A DNA stretch of 58,310 nt, the filler included, from Sphacelaria rigidula (Eukaryota), in NCBI GenBank assembly GCA_964200075.2. It is 7 parts of 7 records of this genome, joined end to end, with 100 filler letters (N's around TTAATTAATTAA, not from the genome) between each part and the next. Parts side by side here need not be neighbours in the genome. Positions count along the whole stretch, not along the records: positions 33,379 to 41,622 come from CAXNAA020011796.1; positions 41,723 to 49,966 come from CAXNAA020011797.1; 5 more parts are not named here. The stretch is one strand, 5' to 3'. Below the pieces are notes generated by a model. The model was not told the origin of the DNA. It saw only the letters and a list, made by a program, of their open reading frames with translations, and ran no database searches. Positions within the stretch are counted from its first letter, which is position 1. Every line of letters starts with the position of its first letter. The position numbers and the translations under genes were made by a program. Of the stretch, positions 34,242 to 45,773 are shown piece by piece.

Positions 34242-37200
34242 CTGCTTGTGATTGCGTCGGTCGAGAGCCATCCTCCGCACCCAGAAGGCCCGGAAGTACT
34301 CCGGCAGGATCTCCTCCTTCACGTACGCCGCGTCCACGCCATCCGTGCCCACGCACTGTTTCACCACCTTCAGGACGATCTTCTTCATTTCTTCATCGGG
34401 AGACTGTTGCCGTGCGCACAACAAGAACACCAACATCATCATCGTGGACGATACGGGTCGGGACGCGATGGACGTTGAGTATACTACATCCGACAGGCAC
34501 CCCCAGCCTAGACATCAAACTCTCAACCAAATTTCAAGTTTAGTTCAACTTTGAACATTGCAGTCTTCACTCACATCTCATCCCGAGGGGGGTGTACTCA
34601 TGATCATGCACGCCATAACCATATTACCACTGACTCATCCTAAGGGGGGACGCAACGAACAACAAAAATATCCGATTTTCAGGACGCGAATAATAAGTAA
34701 AAAATGTTCTTCTTCACAAGGTGTAGACAGGCGTTGGATTGATTGATTCCGACTGATCTGTCTGTTATTATCCACTCATGCACACACGCACATCGCAGCG
34801 ACGGACACAGCCCTCACCCGTCATAACCATACCTGAAACTCTCGGATGAGGATGACCATGACTTCCCGCGTGTAGTAGTTCGCATAGGTGGCATCCATGA
34901 GGGGAATGATGAACCCGATAGCCTTCAAGAACGCCGCCAATCCTTTACCGCGGTGCGTCCGGATACCTTTCCACAGCGGCCGCAGGACTCTATCGAAAGA
35001 CTCGATACCGTACGGGTGGGCCGCCTCGGCGAGAGAGGACAGAGCCAGCGCCGTGATGGTACGGACCTGCCCATAAAAAGCAACGCAGTAACCACTTATT
35101 GAATCTATCATCTTGATTGGCGATACCACTCTCGTGCAACCGCCGCGCACCGTTACTCGTAGTCTAAGTTGAAAAATGTTACAACTGACACCATTAGGGT
35201 GGAAAAAAACGCCGGTACGATTACCGCTTCAGCGACTACTTTAGTTTTTTTCTTGTTTTTCTCAGGAGCATCTGATTTCCGTCGTGTAAAGTTTGAGGAC
35301 GTGAGGAAGCAAAATAGTGTGTTTGACTGAGTTTGCTTGACGAGCGTAGATGCAGTACGGGAGTGTCGGTCATGATCCAATCCGCGAGGCCGAAATAGCA
35401 AGGCGTGTACCGGAGGAGAGATGGCTTGATTCCTCACGACCATAGACTCGTCCCGCAGAAGGGGAGGGGTTCAAAGTGTAACGAAGAATACAAAATAGTT
35501 ACTTATGCGCTACAACTTCAGTCATTTTCACAAGATATATGTAGTGAACTGAAGACTATCAGAAAAAGAAAAAAAAGGAAGGCGGGAAAAAAAGGAGCTC
35601 ACTAAAATTCAAACTCGAAAGCAACAAGGGAGGGAACAAACATAAAGCATAGCAACAACCGGGAGAATAAATTACACTACAACACAAGAGAAAATGAAAC
35701 ATGATGATCAACATGGAATGAAGAAACGCAAAAAGCAAAGACAGTCGAACTACATTTTTTTAAATGCTTCAATATACAGAAAACTTCACCTTTTGCTGTT
35801 CGTCCACAAGACCATGTTCCACGATCTCCACCATTTGTCGCAGATGTGGCAGGACAGCGCACCCCATAAGGATTGCGATCTGTATCAGCGAAGAGACCCA
35901 ACAGCAACGACGGGGGAACCACAAGTATTAGCGGCGCTGTTCGACACAGAAAGACGCAAGTTTACACACTTCATGGACGATAAGAACAAATGACATGTAT
36001 ATAGACATATGGCAAAGGCTGGTCACCCCGGGGGCTCAGTTGGTAACCTCGAAATCCTCTAACGGTTTGGTCGTGGGTTCAAGTCTCGGAGCGATCTGGG
36101 ATTCTTTCTCACACCATGCCCAACAGTGGAGAGCGACTATGTCGTGAGTACACAAAATTCGAGTCAACGGTCGACGAGGCAAATAGGGAGTGCTGAACTC
36201 CTCTCGCGATAGAAAATAAAAAGGTGAGCACCGCGAAAGGAAGGCGGAGTTCTAAAAAACAAAAACGAAAAAATCTCCCGTCTTAACCTTCCTCCTGTGA
36301 CCCCGGCCGGTGCGCTCACATTTACCGAAAGATGTAGACTGGCGTCCAGAATAGATGGGGAGACAACACACACATACGCTATTCTGATATTATGTGCACT
36401 AAGCGGGAGCGCAATCCAACACGGACATCAGATGTACTACTACTAATACTACTGCTACTCATCATCCTCCCCCTCCTACCACTAAATGTAGTGCAAAATG
36501 TTTTCAAAAACTGATCTCTTGAAAAAGAAAAAAAAAGTGCGTCATCAGTAGCCACTATCCAGGCACCCCTCCAACATATTTCGATGCCTCAGCACGCATA
36601 TCGCAGTGACAACCTTATGGAAAAGACGTTTCCATTTTCGATGTTCTTCAATAAAATACCGCCGCCCCCCGTGCGGCAGCGTACATCGTGTAATTGTGGA
36701 TAAGTGTCCAAGCGCGCCCAACTTTAAAGGAGGTCAAACTTGCCAAGCGCAGCTCATCAGTCAGGTCACGTCATTCCCCCCCCGCCCCCCCTTTCCCCTC
36801 CTCCTCATCCAAGTACAAATGAAAAAAACAAGCGAAAAACTATGATGAAAAATTAATCTGAAATGACAAAACTTGAACATATAATCAGGTCATTATACAA
36901 CACTTGCACATTACTTTACTGTCGCATTCCCACTTACGGGACATGAAAAAAAAAGAAGTATAACACGACAGAAGAAAAAACACACACACACACACACAAC
37001 AGTCAAACAAGACACAAGACCCAAGATACCAACCTGCATAACGATCTTGATCCCCGTGTGCCGCGCCTGCCAAGACTTGCGGCTCTGACACACGGCCTTC
37101 AGGAAGGGCAGCAAGGCAGGAATACCCAGGGCAGAGGCGACGACAGCGAAGGCCCTGGCCGTGGTGTTCCTAACGTACTCGTCGAGGTTGTCTATATCCG

Positions 37201-40200
37201 GTCGCATGGTGGCAATCATGGTGGCAAGTCCGGCCGCCTTCGCCAGATTGCTAATGATTTCCCGACCTGCACCAAAAAAAATATATAGAGAGAGACACAC
37301 ATTTGTGCTTTTCATTGGTGTTGAAGTTTTTGAAGAAGCTCAGCGAGGTGTGTGGGAGTGCGATATACAGCAGGTGCAACAGGCTGTACTTTGAGCAGTA
37401 CTTCTTTGCATCGAAATCATTGACCACGTCTTCTCCAGGATATATACACACTTCGAAGTATAGGGTTAGGGTCAGGGTTAGGGTTAGGGTTAGGGTTAGG
37501 GTTAGGAACTTTAACCCCAAGATATATGTATACACACACGCACATACCCCGCACACATCCACACGCATGCATCGGGACCTCGTGTCTTCTTAGTACCCCC
37601 ACGCCCAACGCACCGAAGAAAAAAAAAAGTTGAACAACGTCTTTTTCCAAAGCAGTAGACAGCCTTGTTGCGGGGCTTCTTCTCCTTTTTCTCACCTTCG
37701 ACCCTAGCGTAGTAGTCCTCGTCGATGAGCAGCGGCTCGATCACCACGAGAATCTTGTGCACGTAAGGTCGAACCAGGTCGTCGAGCTTGTACAGGATAC
37801 GGTCGATAACCTGCAAGTATTTCATGTTCGCCCGACCGAGACGTCACGGATTAAAAAATACAGCGACCGATATTGGTGCGTCAAATGGCACACGAGTACT
37901 GATGCTGCTCCCTCCCCCGCCACCGAAAGCAAAACAAACGGTTCAGTCAACTCCAAACAAAAAATCGAAAACTAATCCGCGCAATTCATGAAGTGATAAA
38001 CCAAGAGCTAAATTAAGCGAGGCGAGGTAAACGCGTTCCACAAAAAAATATTAGTGAATTAGAGCGGGGGCGGGCGGTACGTTTGTGTTTCTTCAATACT
38101 GTACACAAGCGTTGCACATGGTGTGCCATTTGAAGAATATTTTACAACCGACACGAGCATACAATGATATTATTTACACATTCAATTCCTTCATTTTTTT
38201 TGTCCTTCATCATCATCGTGTCTGTGGCACATTCGCAACGTTCCGAGTTCTAGGCCTTTTCGAATAAAAAAACAACACAAACAACATGTCATCCTGTAGT
38301 GCATACCCACACCCATATACACACAACATGTCATTATCCAGTACAAACACGACACCACACCCTGGATAATGACGGTAAATTGCGTCGTCCAACAAAAGTG
38401 TATTGCGTACAGTATTGATTATCTTTGTCCATTGCAATGGGCAAAACATTCGATGCTGTGCGCAGTACACTTCTCGACAATGTTGTCTATTGCCCAGGGT
38501 ATGCATGACACATAGATAACGTGAAGAAACACACACATACACACACAAGCACAAAAGAGCACGCACGCACCTTGACCAGCAAATGCCTTTCTTGGTCCTC
38601 GAGCGTCGGCGACATGAGCAGCGGTAAGATCTGGTTGAACAGAGGACCGGCGCCAAAGTCTCTGGCCTTGTCGGTAATTTGGCGCAGAGCCGTTTTGCGC
38701 TGGGGCGGCGTGCCGTTCTTAATCTTGAGCAACATGCGAAGGATTTTCCGCTCTTTGGCTTCCTCGGCGGTGAGCTCCTCGTCCTCTGTTTCATCCATAA
38801 GCTTGCCGAAGTACTGTACTTATCGTCATTACCATGTTCAACAAAAAAAAGGGAAAGGAGAAAGTAAGTCGCGACAATGTCGATGCGAAGAAACAAAAAC
38901 TCGTGAGAAGGACCGGAAAAAATACAAGATGCACAAATCCAACACATGAATGTATGCATAAACGTCATGTATAATTTTAGATGCATTACTTGACGGGTGA
39001 AAACAAACAAGCGCATGAATGAATGATAAGGATCAGCAGAGCAACAACAACAACAACCGACGACAAAAAATCCACTGTGATCACAGTCAGTCAATCACCC
39101 ATACTTTTACCTCTTGTACCGAATGGAAAAAAGGCAATACATCAATATATGCAAGTATAATACATACAAAAGCATGCTATTTACAAACAGTTACAAGGCC
39201 TGGCTCGAGCAGTGAGTATTTTTACCTTACACAACACCCATATCCGTATTTATCTTTACGAACAAAACAGGAGTGAATACATATATTTCCTCTGTCCCGT
39301 AAGTCTGTATCGTTATGTTTGTACGAGCCCTTAACGATGTCCGATTTGATTTTCGATTTCTTGGTTACATTCGTTGGCGTTTTTTGAGCTAGAAACAACA
39401 CTCTTCCTACAACGTGGGTGCTTGACCCGTGCAGCATCGCGGCCAAGAAAAAGGTAGGTCGGTCAAGCATAGGAGACCCGGGAATCGCGAAAAATTGTGA
39501 AAAAAAATGTGAAAGCGCAAAACCACCACTGATTTGGATATCTCCGTGACGTTAGTCTGCGCACGCCCCATCAAACAACTTTTCAGCATGTAATCGCGAG
39601 TGCTCGACGTAAAAACGTCCAAAATCGGTCAACATCGGGGTATAAGTGGACCAAAAAGGGCCAAAATGGGGTATGTTTTGAAACGATTTTAGTATTGAAA
39701 ACAAGTTTTTTTTCTTTCTTCTTTTCAGTCAGCTTCGTCTGCGCGTCATCTCTCTAACGAGCCAAACTGTAGGATGATCTTAACCGTTGAAATACCCAAA
39801 CGATTAAACGTCCATAACGATACAGACTTATGGGACAGAGGAAGTATATATATTGAAACGAACCACCGCAAATGAGCGAACGGCGGGCCCTCAACAAACA
39901 ATACTTGAAAATAACATTATTATAAATGAAATGGACAAAGCAGTATAAAATAAAATGAACGTCTCCGCTTCCCCTCCCGCCCCTCCTCCCCTCCCGGACA
40001 CAAGGCACCGGAAGACTTGCCTGGTAATCCTCCGGCTTGATGAACGGCAACGAGCTTTCGGTCGGCGTGGCCGGCACGCCGTACTCCTCCCTGGCGGGTG
40101 TGTTCATCATCTTGAAGCCAGGCGTGGACGGCATGGGGGTGGGCGTGGCCAACAAACGTCGCGATGGCGTCCGGATAGGGGCATATCCCACAGGGGCGTC

Positions 40201-40213
40201 CAGGATTCGATAC
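34242..40213 (-). CDS. SF3B1: Splicing factor 3B subunit 1, seven internal exons (partial gene)
   Basis: Exons 40213-40021, 38813-38571, 37810-37696, 37266-37034, 35879-35790, 35066-34833 and 34403-34242, all phase-consistent. Motifs include [52 protein letters not shown] and [17 protein letters not shown]. Confidence 0.98.
36022..36377 (+). mobile_element. Full-length tRNA-derived SINE in SF3B1 intron
   Basis: Pol III A box (ggctcagttgg) and B box (ggttcaagtc), unique body and CA-repeat tail. Other copies at 31368, 17785 and 49921. Confidence 0.85.
37461..37506 (+). repeat. Interstitial telomeric-type (TTAGGG)n tract in SF3B1 intron
   Basis: About 7 TTAGGG units, one variant TCAGGG. Confidence 0.9.
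38390..38480. repeat. Short palindromic dispersed repeat
   Basis: Dyad centred on ccattgcaatgg with aagtgtattgcgtacagta / tgctgtgcgcagtacactt arms. Relatives at ~40865-40920 and ~49390-49475. Confidence 0.7.
39286..39844. mobile_element. Tc1/mariner-type (Stowaway-like) MITE in SF3B1 intron
   Basis: 32-bp TIR (c/t)ttcctctgtccc(a/g)taagtctgtatcgttatg flanked by TA on both sides. Resembles the CTCCCTCCGT Stowaway terminus. Confidence 0.82.
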
Positions 40214-40435
40214 CTGCCGGTCATGGGTCATGTTGTTGGGGGCAGCGGCAGCGGCGGCGACAGAGAGAGAGACACACAGACACACGCACATAATTGCGGT
40301 ACATAGGTTCGGAGATGAGATGAAAAAATTACTTCTGGATCATGACTTGACGCGACTGGTGGATGATGACTAAATAAAATCTACGTTCAAAGTTGTTGGG
40401 GGTTGGGGATCAACAAAACATGCCACAGTCATGGG

Positions 40436-40437
<2 letters not shown>

Positions 40438-40504
<67 letters not shown>
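40438..40504 (+). repeat. (GT)n microsatellite
   Basis: Perfect GT run of ~33 units. Confidence 0.95.
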
Positions 40505-40505
<1 letters not shown>

Positions 40506-41622
40506 CCATTTATCCCCCTCGCATCTCTACAAAGCCGGGGTGGAGCACGCCGGGTTTTCGCCGGACCAGACTCGAAATAACCTCGGAGTGGGGTGTACTC
40601 ATGATCTTGGATGCCGTAGGCATAGGACCATGGGGGAGGGCGGGGGGCGGCGGGGGCTGTTTCTTTACCCAAGATGACACAGACTCAGAAATAGCATACG
40701 CCCAGGAGAGTGGAACCCTTTGGAACTTCTGTCTCGACCCTTACCCAAGGTGACACCTATAGTCTTCAAAAGATAGGGTCAACATGGACGAGAACAGGGA
40801 TGCATCAAAACCAACACACCCTGAGCAATAGATCACATTTTCAAGACGTGTACCGCGTGTAGTGTCGAATTGCAATGGACACTAGATTCCATACTGTACG
40901 CAGTACACTTTTCGACAATGTAACAGATCGTCATCATCCGCGGTGTGAAAACGAAATCTACAAATTAGCTGTGACCTCCGACGAACACATGTGTTCGTGT
41001 AGACTCCTCTCGTATGCGAAACTCAGCGTTGTTCTCACTTTATCAACCGGAATACACTCAAACGAACGGTCCTCCGTCCTCCTTTCTCTCCCCCGCCCCT
41101 CCCTAACTTGCACATCTACAGCTACGCCGCGTATCCTCCCCCCCCTGGGTACGACCGAGTGTTCCTTCAACAGCGGGAACGAGTCCACTCTTGATCTTCA
41201 CCCGATTACATAGTATTTACAGTAGACGTCAACCGTCGTATCGACGCAGAGACAACACGGGAATGGCAGCCCTAAATATCAATATTTTTGGAACATCGCT
41301 GCCGAGTACACGGGATAGTACTGCGAAATTGGTTGCGGGTGTATGCACGTATGTCATTTGCTCAGAAGTTCAAACCAGAAATTGAATAAATTCTACATGA
41401 TGGACAAAGGACGACGGCCAACAACAAAAGGCGGCGAGGGAGAGGGGCGGGTACAACCTCTTCCTCGCTCATCCACGGTGAAAAAAGTTGCCACACCTTT
41501 CTCACGCGTGTCACCAGTGTATAGGACGATCAAGTACCAAAATAGGAAAAGCAATACCCCCCCCCCCCCTCAGACCCACAAGAATACGGACCCCCCCCCC
41601 CCCCCCCCCCCCCCACCACCCG

Positions 41623-41722
41623 NNNNNNNNNNNNNNNNNNNNNNNNNNNNNNNNNNNNNNNNNNNNTTAATTAATTAANNNNNNNNNNNNNNNNNNNNNN
41701 NNNNNNNNNNNNNNNNNNNNNN
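41623..41722. other. Artificial contig-joining spacer
   Basis: Same 100-bp spacer. Confidence 0.98.
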
Positions 41723-42181
41723 ATGAGTTGCCTTATTTTCTGGTATCGCCACTTCCAGAGACAGCCACGGCTTATACACTGCCTCATGGGTGTCAACCAG
41801 GGGGGTATTCTGGACCGTCTTCCTCAACGAATTCCACCTCATTCGCCCTTGAAAGCAGCCAACAGTTGTTCGAACGCGCTTGCTCCCGATAAATAACGCT
41901 TTTTCATACTGGTTCACACTGCTTTGACCCAAATACAAGCGCACCGTGAGTGTTTCAGGTCGTTTGACGCATGTATGAGCACATTTTCTCGTGGAATCGC
42001 ATACCCCCCCGCTATCGAAGCATGGCTCAAAGGCGCGCTAACGTCTGGCGACTACTAGGGCTGACGATGGCGATATGCCTTCCGCCACGAAACCCGCAAT
42101 ATGGCCCGAAAAATGAGGTACTGTACCCCATGCGTGAATCGAGCACGTCCCGCGCACGCTCTCCACCTAATAAACTCCCAG

Positions 42182-45100
42182 GTTTTGTTCGGGATGGCTG
42201 GAGACTTTCTGGGCCGTCAACGCGCTCTCATGCATACTCTCGTCCTCTGCGCCATCGGGGCAGTGGGCAGCGCTTTCTCGTTCGATACGTCTGGCGGCCC
42301 TGGCATCTACCAACAGCTCGTGTACTGGCGATTAGTGCTCGGGGCCGGTGCCGGCGGCGTGTACCCGCTCGCGGCGAACATGGCTCGATCTGGCGGCATA
42401 GACTGGGCGTGCCTCGGGAGGCGGAGTTGCGGCCGAAGCTGTGCTATGTCCAGCGTGCGAAGCGAAGAAGACGAAGAGGCGGCAGAAGGGCTGGGCGTGC
42501 AGCACGCGGTGCAGAAGGACACGGGGAGCACGGCCGTGGCGCTCCTGTTTTCCATGCAGGGGGTGGGGTATCTCGCGGCCCGCTTCACGGGTTTCCTGTT
42601 GTTGGTGGCATTTTTTCCGTCCCAACCGGATCTGGCTTGGCGGTTACTGTTGGGGCTAGGCGCTGTGCTTCCCGTCGCAATCGTCGTGATGGTTGCTGTT
42701 GCTTCGGCGCGTGCGCGACGGTATGCTTTGCTGCGGTCTGCGGAGGGCGGGATCGACAGGGAGCTGGCTAGGGGCGCAAAGGCACGCGTTGGCAGCGCCA
42801 GGGTGGATAACGCGGGGTCGAGGGGGGCGGGAGATGGGGGAGGGTCAAGCCTGAGGGAGGTGTGGCGGGCGTTGCAGGGCAAGGACAATCTCTTTCCCAA
42901 GTTGATCGGGACGGCGGGGTCATGGTTCCTCTTCGACGTTACGTTTTACGGAAACCAGTTGGTGAGGGTTATGGAGTCATGCTACGGTTTCGGTAGGGCT
43001 GGCACACTTGGCCTCAAATGTTTTCTCACTCAGGGTCTCCTACGGTTGAGAGCTACACAAGGATATGGGTCAGGATCATCCTCTTTTGGAATTCATTAGG
43101 GTTATCCCTAGTCCCTAGTCCATGTTTACATGGATGTGTGGGATGCGTGAAATTTGATTCGATGATGAGTGCTTTTGACGGTGTGGCAGGGGGGTGTACG
43201 GTAAGTTCGAGGTGTGGAGCAATTATGAAAGGAAATATGCTTTTAATATGAGAGTGTCAGCGTGTCCTCGAGCGTCGTTTCGCCTTTCAAGCGTTTTCTG
43301 TCTGCCTTATATGCAACGGGATGTAACATTCACGAACACCGTGCTCTACTGTCGTCGTGCCCTTCGCACCTGCCTGTATGCACCAGATGACACCTGTATA
43401 TGTTGTCTCGTTGCCCAACCTAGCCGTTTTGACCTATAGCTGTGAGTCTAGTTGATGTTCAAGACACGGTCATATGTTGCTCATTCTGTGCAGGAGAAGT
43501 CCGTGTTAATTTACTGGATCAGGACAATTAACCTGTTGGCTGCGAGGTATAGTCATATTCCAACGAGTGCGTTTGTGACTGGTAGTGCTGGCATTTATCG
43601 TTGGCTTCCTCCATTACAGTGCGCTATTGCTCCTTCGATGCAGTTTACTCTGCATTACTGCTTGTTCCCATGGTTTGTTATGTCCCTTTATCTGTTCCTC
43701 TTCTCGAGTTTCTTGTGGCGAGTTTCTCTGGTATGTGTTCCTGTGGGTACGAGCGTATTGTGGATGATGACCCTGCCTGGATCTCCCGGCGGTTACCTGA
43801 TGTACGGCAGTTTATCAATCAAATGAGTCAATCGAATAAATGAATGTAATGGATCAAATCAAGAGGTGAAGAATATCTCGGAAGCCCCCCCATCACTTGG
43901 GTCATCGCCCTGTCCCCATGATGACACTGTAACGTCATGTCCGTTGCTTCGGACTACCTTTTTTTCTTCAACTTGTTTTCGCCACAATCCCATTGCAGTA
44001 CGAGGCAGACGTGTTGGATGCTGTCTTCGGCAATCGGAGCGAATTGACCTTGACGGGCATGGCTGCTCAGGACAGCCTGCTAGCACTGATCGCCCTGCCG
44101 GGGTACTTCGTGGCCGTCGCATTAGTGGGGAAGTTGGGGCCACGCTTTGTACAGGTGAGATCTCGGAGGTGGCTGGTGCCAAGCCTTCAGAGCTGTTGCT
44201 TTTCTCAGTAACGTTCCTGGTATTTTGAACGGCCTCAAAATCGTGGGTTCGGATCTGTCGTATGTGCGGGTTTGATGCATTTAAGCTAGTTTTCACGTTT
44301 GGTCAAGGGCCAAGTTTTTATTTTTTATTTTCCCGTTTCTTTGAAGAGTCACATTTGGACATTTTCCGCTTGCAAACTTGGAGTTTTTGGTGAATTTTGC
44401 CCCCACATTTCGGCCTCTAGCATGTTGTCAAATTTTTCTTGAAAGTGATCCACAACAAAAAAGAGTTTCGAAGATGGTTTAGGATTGCCCCTATCTTCTC
44501 GGCGGAATCTTCATGACTGTGATCCATCCTTTGGTTTTAATGGTCCAATATGACCGTGTTTTAGTTCTCCGTGTAGGGTCGAGTTAGATGAAATCATTTA
44601 TTATGCCAACGATGGACTTTTTCCCTTGGGGTTTGCGTTTGCTGGGTGTGTGACTACTGTGATTTTTCCCGCAGGTGCAGGGGTTCGTGATGATGGCAGT
44701 GCTGTACGTGACGATAGGGCTGGCGTTTGTACCCCTCACTGTGGATCACGCGTACGTCTTAATGCTGCTCTACAGGTGTGCATGCGAACCGTATCCTATG
44801 CCCGCCCACCTTCTCGTCTTTTTCAGACAAGCAATGCACTCCCCGTCGTTCGGTGAATGTCTGAAAAACACTCAGACTTGGAAATGTCATTTACGTGGAA
44901 TGTTTACACGTTTATTATACACTCGTTATTTTTTTGTCTGTCTGCAAACACGAGATCCACTCATGAGCGTTTACTGGCGCTAGGAAGAAACCCTCGTAAT
45001 TGTCCTTTCTTTTGTGAGGATGATGCACTCCTGCTCGTTCGTAATCGTCTGGGCTTGATTGATCGATTGATTGTCGCACTGTACCTAACCCCCCATGGAT

Positions 45101-45734
45101 TCAGCAGTGGTGACAAAACGGACTCACCCGAGACAAAACAAAACTGGAACACGCGCTGAAGAAAGAAGAACAGAAGAGACAGAACAGAACAACAGGGGCT
45201 ATACAGTGACGTGACTTGTTATCGTCTAATGCCCGAATAATTTTCCAGAGCTGCCCGTGTGTTTTTCTGCCAGGAATGTTCACCTCCGGTCTTCTCTTTT
45301 ATCCCTTCCGACAAGAGATAGATATACCCGTCTTTTTTTGCTTGAGGGCTGAACAAGCAATCGGAAGTATATGCCGTGTGCAATGATATCGATCTGACTG
45401 TCCGAAGTGCCCGCCCATTCGCTTTTCTCACATCCACAAAAAAAATGTCCATGTCTTCTGTACAGTTCCTCCATTTCCCTGCGCTCGACCATGCTCATTC
45501 TTGACAAGTATTTGACTGCAACCGTTACTGTCTTGACCAGCAGCGAACATCGGTCAAGCCTCACCCGTTCATATTTAAGCTTGACGGAGAATAATAGTGC
45601 GTGAATATGGATGAACTTGGAGGGTCGATACGACTCCTCTCACAAGAACGGAATATGAGTAGTCAGACGCAAGATTTACGGAAAAATAATTCAAGCGAAT
45701 AGCGGTGGTGTTGTATTGGAGTGGGTCGGTCGAT

Positions 45735-45773
<39 letters not shown>

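Noticed and set aside
36022..36100. tRNA gene
   Set aside because: A/B boxes are present but there is no cloverleaf, and the sequence continues into a body shared with other dispersed copies, so it is a SINE head.
37461..37506. True chromosome end
   Set aside because: Short tract inside an SF3B1 intron with exons on both sides.
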